Below are positions 8,258 through 17,326 of a stretch of DNA of 32,000 bases, piece by piece (position 1 is the first letter of the stretch; each line of letters opens with the position of its first letter). Location of the stretch: NCBI GenBank assembly GCA_041659405.1, contig JBAZYK010000003.1, positions 60,001 to 92,000 of the forward strand. The letters run 5' to 3'. The DNA is from Candidatus Altimarinota bacterium (lineage in GTDB: Bacteria; Patescibacteriota; Gracilibacteria; UBA1369). A program made the position numbers and the translations under genes. The notes beneath the pieces were generated by a model. The model worked only from the letters and a program-made list of their open reading frames with translations, was not told the DNA's origin and did no database searches.

Positions 8258-8325
8258 TTGGCGGAAAGATCCGCCTAAGCACTTACTCTCAACTAATCTT
8301 AATTACTAATTCATAATTCTTTAAT

Positions 8326-9510
8326 ATGGCAGACGTATTTCAAAGAACAAAGACACACGTAAACGTTGGTACTATCGGCCACGTAGACCACGGCAAGACA
8401 ACTTTAACAGCTGCAATCACAATGTATTGCGCTACTAAAGGCCTGGCTAAAGCTCGCAAATATGATGAAATTGACAATGCTCCGGAAGAAAAGGCTCGTG
8501 GTATTACAATTGCTACATCCCATCAGGAATACGAAACTGAAAAACGTCATTATGCTCACGTTGATTGTCCGGGGCATGCCGATTACGTTAAGAACATGAT
8601 TACCGGTGCCGCTCAAATGGATGGCGCAATCCTCGTAGTTTCCGCTGCAGACGGTCCTATGCCACAAACTCGTGAACATATCCTTTTGGCTAAACAGGTT
8701 AACGTTCCTTATATCATCGTGTTCATGAACAAGATGGACATGGCTGATCCTGAAATTGCTGAACTTTCCGAAATGGAAGTTCGTGAACTTCTTAAGAAAT
8801 ATGGTTTCGACGGCGACAAGACTCCATTCATCAAAGGTTCTGCTCTTAAAGCTATGGAAAACCCAACTGATCCTGCTGCTACAAAATGCATCCAGGACCT
8901 TCTCGACGCATTAGATAGCTGGGTTCCTGATCCAGTACGTGAACTCGACAAACCATTCTTGATGTCAGTTGAAGATGTATTCTCCATCAAGGGTCGCGGT
9001 ACGGTAGCTACAGGTCGTATCGACAAAGGTATCGTTAAGATCAATGAAGAAGTTGAAATCGTTGGTATTCTCCCAACTCGCAAGGTAATTGTTACCGGCG
9101 TTGAAATGTTCAAGAAATTACTTGATCAGGGTCAAGCTGGTGATAACGTTGGTCTTCTCCTCCGTGGTGTTGAACGTGAAGAAATTGTTCGTGGACAGGT
9201 TGTCTGCAAACCGGGAACAATCAAACCACACACTAAATTCGAAGGACAAGTTTATATTTTGACTAAAGAAGAAGGTGGACGTCATACTCCATTCTTCAAA
9301 GGCTACAAACCACAATTCTATATCCGTACAACAGATGTAACTGGTGCGGTAGAACTTCCACCGGGTGTGGAAATGGTTATGCCGGGTGATGATATTAAGA
9401 TGGTTATTACACTTGGATCTCCAATCGCTCTTGATGAAAGCACTCGTTTTGCCATCCGTGAAGGTGGACGCACAGTTGGTGCCGGAGTTATCACAAAAAT
9501 CCTGGAGTAA
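8326..9510 (+). CDS. tuf: Elongation factor Tu
   Basis: [25 protein letters not shown] motifs; 394 aa. Confidence 0.98.
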   Translation: MADVFQRTKTHVNVGTIGHVDHGKTTLTAAITMYCATKGLAKARKYDEIDNAPEEKARGITIATSHQEYETEKRHYAHVDCPGHADYVKNMITGAAQMDGAILVVSAADGPMPQTREHILLAKQVNVPYIIVFMNKMDMADPEIAELSEMEVRELLKKYGFDGDKTPFIKGSALKAMENPTDPAATKCIQDLLDALDSWVPDPVRELDKPFLMSVEDVFSIKGRGTVATGRIDKGIVKINEEVEIVGILPTRKVIVTGVEMFKKLLDQGQAGDNVGLLLRGVEREEIVRGQVVCKPGTIKPHTKFEGQVYILTKEEGGRHTPFFKGYKPQFYIRTTDVTGAVELPPGVEMVMPGDDIKMVITLGSPIALDESTRFAIREGGRTVGAGVITKILE

Positions 9511-9555
9511 GATCTCGCAAAGCGAGATCCGCGCCTGCCCCAAGCAGGCATAGCA
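9511..9555 (+). repeat. Two-hairpin module, copy a: GATCTCGC-AAA-GCGAGATC followed by CGCGCCTGCCCCAAGCAGGCATAGCA
   Basis: Begins directly after the tuf stop. The conserved second hairpin is GCCTGC/GCAGGC followed by ATAGCA. Confidence 0.8.
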
Positions 9556-9571
9556 AAAAAAATAACACAGT

Positions 9572-9649
9572 GTTCAGTTTGAGGAATATCTTCTGAACAC
9601 ATCCGGGGTAGGGGCCCTGTGTGTTCAGAAGATATTCCTCAAACTGAAC
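9572..9649 (+). repeat. Long-stem hairpin element, copy 2 (tuf|rpsJ)
   Basis: 30-bp perfect stem (GTTCAGTTTGAGGAATATCTTCTGAACACA and its complement); loop at 9602-9619. Confidence 0.92.
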
Positions 9650-9673
9650 TTATTACATTAATTCCTTGAAAAC

Positions 9674-9997
9674 ATGGCTAGTAAACAGAAAATCCGAATC
9701 AAGATTCAAGCGTATGATCACAAAGTGATCGATGATTCTGCAAAACTCATCATCGAAACTGCTGAACGCACCGGTGCTATCGTAGCAGGTCCGATTCCTC
9801 TGCCAACTAAAATTGAAAAGTTCACAGTGAATCGTTCAACTTTCGTTCATAAGACCGCCCGTGACCAGTTTGAAATGAGAACTCACAAGAGATTGATTGA
9901 TATTACCGAGAGTACACCTAAGACAATTGATTCGTTGACTAACCTAAGTTTACCAGCCGGTGTTGATATCGAAATTAAAATGTTGACAAGCGACTAA
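9674..9997 (+). CDS. rpsJ: 30S ribosomal protein S10
   Basis: [15 protein letters not shown]… pattern, and it is first in the S10 gene order. Confidence 0.97.
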   Translation: MASKQKIRIKIQAYDHKVIDDSAKLIIETAERTGAIVAGPIPLPTKIEKFTVNRSTFVHKTARDQFEMRTHKRLIDITESTPKTIDSLTNLSLPAGVDIEIKMLTSD

Positions 9998-10206
9998 AAG
10001 AACGCTAAAACTATTACGCTCACTTTTCAGAGCACAAGTCCCGAAAGGGCAAACAAAACAATATGTTATATCGGAGTCGAGGGCATGCGCGAGCGCAAGC
10101 GAGTGCATCTAAAAAGTTCGCCTAGCGAACACCTTATGAGGTCCAACCTTAAAGGTCGTCTTCACTTCACTGTCTCGAATTTACGAGACAATAACCTCTA
10201 AACACT

Positions 10207-10788
10207 ATGACCGGTATACTCGGAAGAAAATTAGGCATGACGAGAGTCATACAAGACGACGGCCGCGTGATCCCAATGACTGTGATCCAGTGTGAACCTA
10301 ATACAATCACACAGATCAAGACAGTCGAAAAAGATGGATATCCGGCGATAGTCCTGGGTTTTGACGCATTAAAAAATCCTTCCAAAAATCACAAATATCA
10401 TTTTTCCCGTGAATTCAGAATCAAAGGAGATGAGAGTCTGGAAAAAGGAACTCAGATTACAGTAGAAATATTTAAGGAAGGTGAAGAAGTTATCATTACC
10501 GGAACTTCAAAAGGTAAAGGTTTCCAGGGTGTAGTAAAAAGATGGCATATGGCAGGTGGTCCCGCATCACATGGTTCCCATTTCCATCGCGAACCGGGTT
10601 CTGTAGGTGCTCGTGCTAAACCGGGTAAAATCCTTCGTGGAAAACATTTACCGGGGCACATGGGTAATCAAACTAAAACCATTAAATCTTCTGTAGTATT
10701 CCTGGATCAAAAGAAAAATCTAATCGGTATAAAGGGCGCAGTTCCGGGAAGTATTAACACTATGATTACTCTACGCAAACTCGCTTAA
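10207..10788 (+). CDS. rplC: 50S ribosomal protein L3
   Basis: GILGRKLGMTRV… N-terminus and gene order. Confidence 0.96.
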   Translation: MTGILGRKLGMTRVIQDDGRVIPMTVIQCEPNTITQIKTVEKDGYPAIVLGFDALKNPSKNHKYHFSREFRIKGDESLEKGTQITVEIFKEGEEVIITGTSKGKGFQGVVKRWHMAGGPASHGSHFHREPGSVGARAKPGKILRGKHLPGHMGNQTKTIKSSVVFLDQKKNLIGIKGAVPGSINTMITLRKLA

Positions 10789-10816
10789 TCACAAATTCCA
10801 AAAAGTCCGAGATCAC

Positions 10817-10837
10817 TAATTACTAATTATTAATTGA
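10817..10837 (+). repeat. Tandem heptamer leader (TAATTAC TAATTAT TAATTGA) upstream of rplD
   Basis: 7-nt periodicity ending 7 nt before the GTG start. Confidence 0.85.
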
Positions 10838-10844
10838 ACTAAAG

Positions 10845-11588
10845 GTGGCTAATATTACTCTCTACAATCAGCAAGGTCAGAAAAAAGGCGATATTCAGGT
10901 TTCTGATGTGATCTTCGGTGCAAAATTCAATCAAGATCTCGTTCATCAGGCTTTAGTACGTCAGTTGGCAAACGCCCGCGTTTCTGTAATTGCCAATACG
11001 TTAACTAAATCCGAAGTTCGTGGTGGTGGACGTAAACCATGGAAACAAAAGGGAACCGGACGTGCTCGTCAGGGTTCAATCAGAAATCCACACTGGAAAG
11101 GTGGCGGTGTTGCCTTTGGACCAAAGAATAACCGCAACTATAAGCAGATGATGCCAAAGAAACAAAGACGTTTAGCTCTTTTCTCTGCTCTCTCTGCAAA
11201 ATTCCAGGATGGAAAGATTATGGCCGTTGATAATTTTGAAGCTCCGGCAGTTAAGACCAAAACTTTCGTAGAAATGCTCCACAAGTTGCCGATTGAAAAA
11301 GATGTATTGTTCTTGATTCCAAGTAAAAACGAACTCATTACTAAATCCACTCGAAATATTCCATTTGTAAAAACCATGTTGGTGAATTATCTGAACATTG
11401 CAGATTTACAACGCTATGATCAGGTAGTCTTTTTAGAAGAAGCTCTTGGTAAAATGGAACAACTTTTCTTATCAGAAAGAAGTTCCGAATCCGAGTCATC
11501 AGAAGAAGAAAGTGTTAAAGAACCCAAAAAAGCTAAGGAACCAAAGAAGGTTGCCAAGAAAAAGACGACAACTAAAAAGGTTGCCTAA
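10845..11588 (+). CDS. rplD: 50S ribosomal protein L4 (GTG start; Ser/Glu/Lys-rich C-terminal tail)
   Basis: …RGGGRKPWKQKGTGRARQGS… motif and gene order. Confidence 0.95.
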   Translation: MANITLYNQQGQKKGDIQVSDVIFGAKFNQDLVHQALVRQLANARVSVIANTLTKSEVRGGGRKPWKQKGTGRARQGSIRNPHWKGGGVAFGPKNNRNYKQMMPKKQRRLALFSALSAKFQDGKIMAVDNFEAPAVKTKTFVEMLHKLPIEKDVLFLIPSKNELITKSTRNIPFVKTMLVNYLNIADLQRYDQVVFLEEALGKMEQLFLSERSSESESSEEESVKEPKKAKEPKKVAKKKTTTKKVA

Positions 11589-11635
11589 TCCCCTCCTGAA
11601 AAAATCATAATTCTACATCATAAATCCTAATTTAA

Positions 11636-11941
11636 GTGAAAGCATTTAATACCATTATCAAGCCGGTTGTTACCGAGAAAAGTACCGCCCAAGGCGCAAA
11701 GCATAAGTATGCTTTCTGGGTTAATCGCAAAGCAACCAAAATCGATGTTAAAAATTCTATTAAAGAGATTTACGACGCTGATGTTGCTACAGTTCACATG
11801 ATCAATACTGCTCCAAAAACTCGTCAAATGAAGAGAATGATCGTTGATAAAAAACCTCCTATGAAAAAAGCTCTTGTTACCCTAAAAGGTGGCAAGAAAC
11901 TTGATGTCACCAAGGTAGGTAAGGAAACAGCTAAGAAATAA
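11636..11941 (+). CDS. rplW: 50S ribosomal protein L23 (GTG start)
   Basis: IIKPVVTEKS… N-terminus and gene order. Confidence 0.95.
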   Translation: MKAFNTIIKPVVTEKSTAQGAKHKYAFWVNRKATKIDVKNSIKEIYDADVATVHMINTAPKTRQMKRMIVDKKPPMKKALVTLKGGKKLDVTKVGKETAKK

Positions 11942-11970
11942 TCACGAAATAATTTATTAATTGCACTAAG

Positions 11971-12810
11971 ATGGGGTTCAAAAAATTTAAAGCAACTACG
12001 CCGGGAAGAAGATTCATGAGTGTCTTAACTTTTGAAGAAATCACCAAGACACATCCGGAAAAAAGCTTGTTAAAAAGCTTTAAAAAGCATGCCGGTCGTA
12101 ACAATCAGGGTAAATTGACTGTTCGTCATCAGGGTGGTGGCCACAAACAGCTCTATCGCATGATCGATTTCAAACAAAGAGACAAGATGGGCATTACCGG
12201 TAAAGTAATCGCAGTTGAATATGATCCAAACCGCACTGCCTTAATTATATTGGTTAACTACGCTGATGGTGAAAAGAGATATCACTTGGCTCCGGACCAA
12301 ATCAAGGTTGGAACAGTGATCGTTTCACAAGAAAAAGCGGAAATTATGATTGGAAACCGTATGGCACTCAAAAATATTCCAGTAGGTTATGATATCCACA
12401 ATATTGAATTGAATCCGGGCCGCGGAGGTCAAATCGTTCGTTCCGCCGGAGGAAAAGCTCACGTTGTTGGTGTTGAAGGAGCTTATGCTCAAATTCAACT
12501 CCCTTCAGGTGAAGTTAGATTGATTGATAAAAATTGTTTTGCATCTATTGGAATCGTTAGCAACATTGATCATGGTAATGTAAAACTTGGAAAAGCCGGC
12601 CGCAAACGTTGGTTGGGTAAAAGACCGGAAGTTCGTGGTAAAGCTATGAATCCGATTGATCATCCGCATGGTGGAGGTGAAGGTAATCAGCCAACCGGTA
12701 TGCCGGGACCAAAAACACCTTGGGGTATGCCTGCTCTTGGTTACAAAACCCGCAAGCGTAAGTACAGCGATCCATTGATTGTAAAAGATCGTCGTCGCGC
12801 AAAATCCTAA
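11971..12810 (+). CDS. rplB: 50S ribosomal protein L2
   Basis: …[13 protein letters not shown]… motif, 279 aa. Confidence 0.98.
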   Translation: MGFKKFKATTPGRRFMSVLTFEEITKTHPEKSLLKSFKKHAGRNNQGKLTVRHQGGGHKQLYRMIDFKQRDKMGITGKVIAVEYDPNRTALIILVNYADGEKRYHLAPDQIKVGTVIVSQEKAEIMIGNRMALKNIPVGYDIHNIELNPGRGGQIVRSAGGKAHVVGVEGAYAQIQLPSGEVRLIDKNCFASIGIVSNIDHGNVKLGKAGRKRWLGKRPEVRGKAMNPIDHPHGGGEGNQPTGMPGPKTPWGMPALGYKTRKRKYSDPLIVKDRRRAKS

Positions 12811-12837
12811 AACATGCGCACTGAAAATTAGTCCTGT

Positions 12838-12915
12838 GTCCAGATTGTGGCATGTCATCTGAGCACAGCCGGGGTAGGGGCCCTGTGTGCGAAGAGGATA
12901 TGCCACAATCTGGAC
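12838..12915 (+). repeat. Long-stem hairpin element, copy 3 (rplB|rpsS)
   Basis: Arms GTCCAGATTGTGGCAT…/…ATGCCACAATCTGGAC with one G-U pair, one A.G mismatch and tandem G.A; loop GCCGGGGTAGGGGCCCTG at 12868-12885. Confidence 0.9.
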
Positions 12916-12946
12916 AAACAACACTAATTATTAATTACTAACAGAC

Positions 12947-13273
12947 ATGGCACGAAGTACTAAAAAAGGACCATATATAGATGAAAAATTGATGAAGAAG
13001 ATCCAAACCGCCAACTCTAGTGGTCAGAAAAAGATCATTAAGACTTGGGCTCGCGGATCGATGATTGCGCCTGATTTTGTGGGTCATACTCTGGCAGTTC
13101 ACAATGGTAAACAACACATTCCGGTATTTGTTACTGAAAATATGGTTGGACACAGACTTGGTGAATTCTCTCCAACTCGTAAATTTAAAGGCCATGGTGG
13201 TAAATTGGCAAAGGCAGCTGAAGCTCCGGCAGCAAGTGCTCCAACAGCAGCAGCTCCAAAACCAAAAGCTTAA
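12947..13273 (+). CDS. rpsS: 30S ribosomal protein S19 (Ala/Pro-rich C-terminal tail)
   Basis: [12 protein letters not shown]… and …[23 protein letters not shown]. Confidence 0.97.
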   Translation: MARSTKKGPYIDEKLMKKIQTANSSGQKKIIKTWARGSMIAPDFVGHTLAVHNGKQHIPVFVTENMVGHRLGEFSPTRKFKGHGGKLAKAAEAPAASAPTAAAPKPKA

Positions 13274-13310
13274 TCTACAATTATAAATTCTAAATCCTGT
13301 TTATTAAATT

Positions 13311-13763
13311 ATGAAGTCTATAGCAAGATCATTACGAATCACCTCCAAGAAAATCAATTTGGTTGCAGGCCTGGTACGCCGCAAGGACGTTACCGAAGCC
13401 ATGAATATCTTGAAATTCACACCTAAAAAAGGAGCAAAAATCCTTAGCAAAATCATTCAAAGTGCTATTGCTAATGCAGAAAACAACTTCAAGCAGGAAA
13501 AACCAAGCCTATATATTCAAGAAATAGTTGTGACAGAGGCACCAACCATGAAACGCAGCATTCCGGTATCCCGTGGAAGATCAAACCCAATTTTAAAGAG
13601 AAACTCCCATGTATCAGTTTTCCTTGGTGTAAAAGGTGAAGAAGCTGAAACATCTACTAAAGGAGCCAAAGCAAAAACGACCGAAGAACCAAAGAAAACC
13701 ACCTCCAAAACAACCGTCACCGTAAAAAAGGCCACTCCAAAGAAAAAAATCACCAAAGAATAA
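13311..13763 (+). CDS. rplV: 50S ribosomal protein L22 (Lys/Thr-rich C-terminal tail)
   Basis: …RITSKKINLVAGLVRRKDV…AIANAENN… and gene order. Confidence 0.95.
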   Translation: MKSIARSLRITSKKINLVAGLVRRKDVTEAMNILKFTPKKGAKILSKIIQSAIANAENNFKQEKPSLYIQEIVVTEAPTMKRSIPVSRGRSNPILKRNSHVSVFLGVKGEEAETSTKGAKAKTTEEPKKTTSKTTVTVKKATPKKKITKE

Positions 13764-13783
13764 TAAAGTAATAAATAATGTAC

Positions 13784-13865
13784 GTGTTCAGTTTGTGGAA
13801 TGTTGGCTGAACATATCCGGGGTAGGGGCCCTGTATGTGAAGACAATATTCCACAAACTGAACAC
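13784..13865 (+). repeat. Long-stem hairpin element, copy 4 (rplV|rpsC)
   Basis: Arms GTGTTCAGTTTGTGGAATGTTG/CAATATTCCACAAACTGAACAC (one G-U pair), a G.A mismatch and tandem G.A; loop at 13816-13833. Confidence 0.9.
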
Positions 13866-13894
13866 ACCAATTATTAATCACTAAATCCAACCCC

Positions 13895-14536
13895 ATGGGT
13901 CAGAAAGTAAATCCAATCATTCTAAGAATCGGTATTATCAAAAGCTGGGACTCAAAATGGTTCGCTCCAAAGCGAAGTTATGCCAAGCTCCTGCATCAGG
14001 ATATAGAGATCCGCAAAATCATTGAAAAGAAATTGAGTGATGCTGCCATCTCCAGGATTGAGATTCAAAGAACTGCCAATAAGGTTCATGTTCACATCCA
14101 CTCCGCTAAGCCAGGTATAATTATTGGTCGCCAGGGAGCAGGAATTGAAGGACTCAAAGATGAACTTCAAAAGAAATTTCACGAAGAATTCACTCTAAAT
14201 ATTAAAGAAATTCAGAAACCGGCACTTGACGCTAAACTTTTGGCCGATAGCATCAAACAACAGATCGAAAAAAGAGTTTCTTATCGTCGTGCAGCTAAAA
14301 TGGCGATTGATAAGGCCCTTGAAACAGGCGCCCAGGGAGCCAAAATCTTCCTTGCCGGCCGTTTGAATGGTGTGGAAATTGCCCGTTCAGAATTCTTCTC
14401 CAAGGGAAAGATTCCTCTACATACTTTAAGAGCTGATATTGATTACTGCTGTGAACGCGCTCAAACAACCTACGGAGCAATTGGAATCAAGGTATGGATC
14501 TACAAAGGAGATATTTTTAAAAAAAGAAAAGAGTAA
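13895..14536 (+). CDS. rpsC: 30S ribosomal protein S3
   Basis: MGQKVNPIILRIGI… N-terminus and a KH-domain pattern. Confidence 0.97.
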   Translation: MGQKVNPIILRIGIIKSWDSKWFAPKRSYAKLLHQDIEIRKIIEKKLSDAAISRIEIQRTANKVHVHIHSAKPGIIIGRQGAGIEGLKDELQKKFHEEFTLNIKEIQKPALDAKLLADSIKQQIEKRVSYRRAAKMAIDKALETGAQGAKIFLAGRLNGVEIARSEFFSKGKIPLHTLRADIDYCCERAQTTYGAIGIKVWIYKGDIFKKRKE

Positions 14537-14547
14537 TAAACAATAAA

Positions 14548-14575
14548 CTTGATTTATAAAGAAAAAAAAGTATAA
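14548..14575 (+). promoter_or_regulatory. Candidate internal promoter before rplP (TTGATT-16 nt-TATAAT)
   Basis: Hexamers at 14548-14553 and 14570-14575 in the 102-nt rpsC-rplP spacer. Confidence 0.4.
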
Positions 14576-14611
14576 TCTTCGGGCCAAAAACAATTAAATA
14601 AACACAACCGT

Positions 14612-14632
14612 TAACTACTAATTACTAATTGA
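14612..14632 (+). repeat. Tandem heptamer leader (TAACTAC TAATTAC TAATTGA) upstream of rplP
   Basis: 7-nt periodicity ending 6 nt before the ATG. Confidence 0.85.
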
Positions 14633-14638
14633 ACCAAG

Positions 14639-15055
14639 ATGTTCGGACCAAGAAAATTAAAATATAGAAAGTCACATCGTTTACGAAATAGCACTGACGG
14701 TATTGCAACTGTTGGAACAAGAACCGCTTTCGGAGCTTACGGCCTTAAATGTATAGAAGGTGGAGAAATTTCCGGTCGCCAAATCGAAGCTGCACGTCGC
14801 GCTATGAGCCGTTATGTAAAACGTGGTGGTAAAATCTGGATTCGCATCTTCCCACACAAACCAGTAACTCAAAAAGCTGCTGAAGTTCCAATGGGAAGCG
14901 GAAAAGGAACCGTTGAAAAGTATGTAGCAGCTATCAGAGCAGGAACCGTTTTGTTTGAAATGGATGGTGTGGAGGAATCACTCGCTCGTGAAGCAATGCG
15001 CCTGGCATCACAAAAATTATCTCTCAAGTGCCGATTTGTTACTTCTAAAAATTAA
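14639..15055 (+). CDS. rplP: 50S ribosomal protein L16
   Basis: …LKYRKSHR…[25 protein letters not shown]…. Confidence 0.97.
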   Translation: MFGPRKLKYRKSHRLRNSTDGIATVGTRTAFGAYGLKCIEGGEISGRQIEAARRAMSRYVKRGGKIWIRIFPHKPVTQKAAEVPMGSGKGTVEKYVAAIRAGTVLFEMDGVEESLAREAMRLASQKLSLKCRFVTSKN

Positions 15056-15060
15056 TTATT

Positions 15061-15273
15061 ATGTTATCACTACAAGAAATCAGACAGTTACAGGATGGTC
15101 AATGGCACGAAGAGCTAGCTCAGACCAGAAAAGATCTTCTCAAGGTTAAGTTCAGTATGAGGAGCGGACATTCTAAAGAGTCCAACAAAGTAAGACTTTT
15201 AAAAAAACACATTGCACAACTCCAAACTATTCGCAAGGAGCAAAGCGCAAAAGCACCAGTTCAAAAGTCTTAA
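15061..15273 (+). CDS. rpmC: 50S ribosomal protein L29
   Basis: Size, position, and the …ELAQTRKDLLKVKF… pattern. Confidence 0.92.
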   Translation: MLSLQEIRQLQDGQWHEELAQTRKDLLKVKFSMRSGHSKESNKVRLLKKHIAQLQTIRKEQSAKAPVQKS

Positions 15274-15304
15274 ATAACATATACTAAATCATTAATTATA
15301 AAAA

Positions 15305-15556
15305 ATGAGAACTAAAAAAGGTATTATCACTAGCGATAAAATGGATAAAACCCGTGTAATAACGGTTCATTCATACAAGGTTCATCCAAAATATAAGAAG
15401 AAGTACCGGGTTTCCAAGAAATATTATGCTCACGACGAAAAGAATACTACCAAAATGGGTGAAGAAATAACCATCTACGAAACAAGACCACTCAGCAAGT
15501 TAAAGCGCTGGACTGTTGATCGCCCAAGCGATCAAGCGCCTGCAAGACACGAGTAA
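15305..15556 (+). CDS. rpsQ: 30S ribosomal protein S17
   Basis: …GIITSDKMDKTRVITV…HPKYKK… and gene order. Confidence 0.95.
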   Translation: MRTKKGIITSDKMDKTRVITVHSYKVHPKYKKKYRVSKKYYAHDEKNTTKMGEEITIYETRPLSKLKRWTVDRPSDQAPARHE

Positions 15557-15574
15557 GCAAAGCGAACGAGTGTC

Positions 15575-15601
15575 CGCGCCTGCCACCAAGCAGGCATAGC
15601 A
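15575..15601 (+). repeat. Two-hairpin module, copy b: conserved part CGCGCCTGCCACCAAGCAGGCATAGCA
   Basis: Preceded by an irregular hairpin (GACAC…GTGTC, 15546-15574) that spans the rpsQ stop codon. Confidence 0.8.
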
Positions 15602-15647
15602 ATTAAACATTTCGTGAAGCGAAATAACCTTATCTATAAAATAATAT

Positions 15648-16016
15648 ATGATTCAATTAAGAAGCATGGTACAAGTAGCTGACAACACCGGGGCAAAGTT
15701 GGCTCAATGTATCAAAGTTATGGGAAGTACTGGTCGCCGCTATGCCGGCATAGGAGATGTAGTAGTAGTTACTATCAAGCTTGCTGCTCCTCGCGGAACA
15801 GTAAAAGCGCATTCCGTTGAACGCGGAGTGGTAGTACGCTGCCGCAAGGAAACCAGACGCAGAGATGGCAGTTATATCCGTTTTGATGAAAACGCTATCG
15901 TAATTATCACAAAAGAGAACGAACCAAAAGGAACTCGTGTATTTGGACCAATCGGTCGTGAACTTCGTGAAAAAGGTTTCCAGAAAATTATCAGTCAAGC
16001 TCCGGAAGTATTATAA
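15648..16016 (+). CDS. rplN: 50S ribosomal protein L14
   Basis: [17 protein letters not shown]… N-terminus. Confidence 0.98.
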   Translation: MIQLRSMVQVADNTGAKLAQCIKVMGSTGRRYAGIGDVVVVTIKLAAPRGTVKAHSVERGVVVRCRKETRRRDGSYIRFDENAIVIITKENEPKGTRVFGPIGRELREKGFQKIISQAPEVL

Positions 16017-16017
16017 C

Positions 16018-16061
16018 AGGCAAGCACAGCTTGCCCGCGCCTGCCACTAAGCAGGCATAGC
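16018..16061 (+). repeat. Two-hairpin module, copy c: GGCAAGC-ACA-GCTTGCC followed by CGCGCCTGCCACTAAGCAGGCATAGCA
   Basis: Begins 2 nt after the rplN stop; same architecture as copy a. Confidence 0.8.
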
Positions 16062-16116
16062 AGAAAACTATCCCGCAAGGGATATCAACCAAGAATTATT
16101 ATCAAAAAACTATTCT

Positions 16117-16488
16117 ATGAAAGTAAAACTTAACGACAAAGTGTTGGTTATAAGCGGAAAAGACAAGGGCAAACAAAGCCGTGTTACTCGCGTAATAACT
16201 AAAGCTTCAAAGATCATTGTGGAAAAGGTGAACATGAAAACCAAGCACATCAAGAAGACAGCGCAAGCTGCTGGTGAAAAGATCACTTTCGAAGGTCCTT
16301 TGGACGCCTCAAACGTAGCAATCATCTGCCCAAGTTGCAATAAACCAACTCGCGCAGGTTACAAAGTACTTGATAATGGTAAAAAAGATCGCATTTGCAA
16401 GAAATGCAAGCAGTCACTCGACGGCGCAGCTGCTGAAACTTCACCTACTAAGACTAAGAAAACTTCAAAAAAGACTAACGCTATCTAA
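16117..16488 (+). CDS. rplX: 50S ribosomal protein L24 (KOW domain; CxxC…CxxC pair; Lys/Thr-rich tail)
   Basis: …KVLVISGKDKGKQSRV… KOW motif and gene order. Confidence 0.95.
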   Translation: MKVKLNDKVLVISGKDKGKQSRVTRVITKASKIIVEKVNMKTKHIKKTAQAAGEKITFEGPLDASNVAIICPSCNKPTRAGYKVLDNGKKDRICKKCKQSLDGAAAETSPTKTKKTSKKTNAI

Positions 16489-16502
16489 TAGTTTAAACCC
16501 CA

Positions 16503-17063
16503 ATGACTACACAATTTACACTCAAAGATCATTATACCAAGAACGTTCTTCCTGAACTTCAGAAGGAATTGAAAATCAAGAACATTATGGCTGTTCCACG
16601 CGTTGTTAAGATTAACATCAACGTTGGAATTGGAAAGCTCACTGAAGGAGGAAAAGATTATTCTCATGTTGTTGATAACCTTGCAGCAATTTCCGGACAA
16701 AGACCGGTTGTTTCCAAGGCTAGCAAAGCTATTTCCAACTTTAAACTCAAACAAAACCAACCGGTTGGTGTGAGTGTAACTCTTCGTGGAAAGAGAATGT
16801 ATGACTTTATGAACAAACTCATCAATGTGACTTTCCCTCGCGTTCGTGATTTCCGTGGAATTTCTCCAAAAAGTTTTGATGGCCACGGTAACTATTCTGT
16901 AGCTATTAAAGAACACACTGTATTCCCGGAAATTAATGCTGATGATATTGCGAAATTACATGGACTTGAAATCACGGTAGTTACAACAGCCAGAAACAAT
17001 GATGAAGGATTTAAACTGTTGAAAGCTCTTGGATTCCCTTTCATCATCAAAAAAACGAAATAA
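16503..17063 (+). CDS. rplE: 50S ribosomal protein L5
   Basis: …NIMAVPRVVKININVGIG… and gene order. Confidence 0.97.
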   Translation: MTTQFTLKDHYTKNVLPELQKELKIKNIMAVPRVVKININVGIGKLTEGGKDYSHVVDNLAAISGQRPVVSKASKAISNFKLKQNQPVGVSVTLRGKRMYDFMNKLINVTFPRVRDFRGISPKSFDGHGNYSVAIKEHTVFPEINADDIAKLHGLEITVVTTARNNDEGFKLLKALGFPFIIKKTK

Positions 17064-17068
17064 TTTCA

Positions 17069-17095
17069 CAATTACTATTACTAATTATTAATTGA
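17069..17095 (+). repeat. Tandem heptamer leader (CAATTAC TATTAC TAATTAT TAATTGA) upstream of rpsN
   Basis: 7-nt periodicity (one 6-nt unit) ending 6 nt before the ATG. Confidence 0.85.
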
Positions 17096-17101
17096 AGTAA
17101 G

Positions 17102-17326
17102 ATGGCAAGAAAAGCTCTTAAAGTAAAAACGGAACGTAACAAACAGGCATATCTAAAAGCTCTTGCGGAAGGCAAAAAACCAGAGTTTTCAACTAAGGTT
17201 TACAATCGTTGCAAACTTTGCGGTCGCAAAGGCGGTTATATGAGAAGGTTTGAAATGTGCCGTATCTGCTTTAGAGAAAAAGCAATCAACGGACTTGTCA
17301 TGGGTATAAAGAAATCGTCTTGGTAA
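17102..17326 (+). CDS. rpsN: 30S ribosomal protein S14, zinc-ribbon (C+) type
   Basis: [23 protein letters not shown] motif. Confidence 0.95.
   Translation: MARKALKVKTERNKQAYLKALAEGKKPEFSTKVYNRCKLCGRKGGYMRRFEMCRICFREKAINGLVMGIKKSSW

Noticed and set aside
8404-9602. Long antisense or overlapping ORFs inside fusA, tuf, rplE, rpsE and others (for example 8709-9113-, 9118-9543-, 16485-16916-, 19333-19698-, 19544-19798-, 27964-28335-)
   Set aside because: They lie opposite or out of frame to unmistakable, highly conserved genes. They have no start context and no recognisable products.
12505-12924. Antisense ORFs that share GPYPGC / GPLPR(I/M)CSANIPQ peptides (12505-12924-, 13517-13870-, 26597-26875-, 26682-26882-)
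   Set aside because: The shared peptides are just translations of the repeated hairpin element. The ORFs otherwise run antisense through rplB, rplV and rpoA, so they are artefacts.
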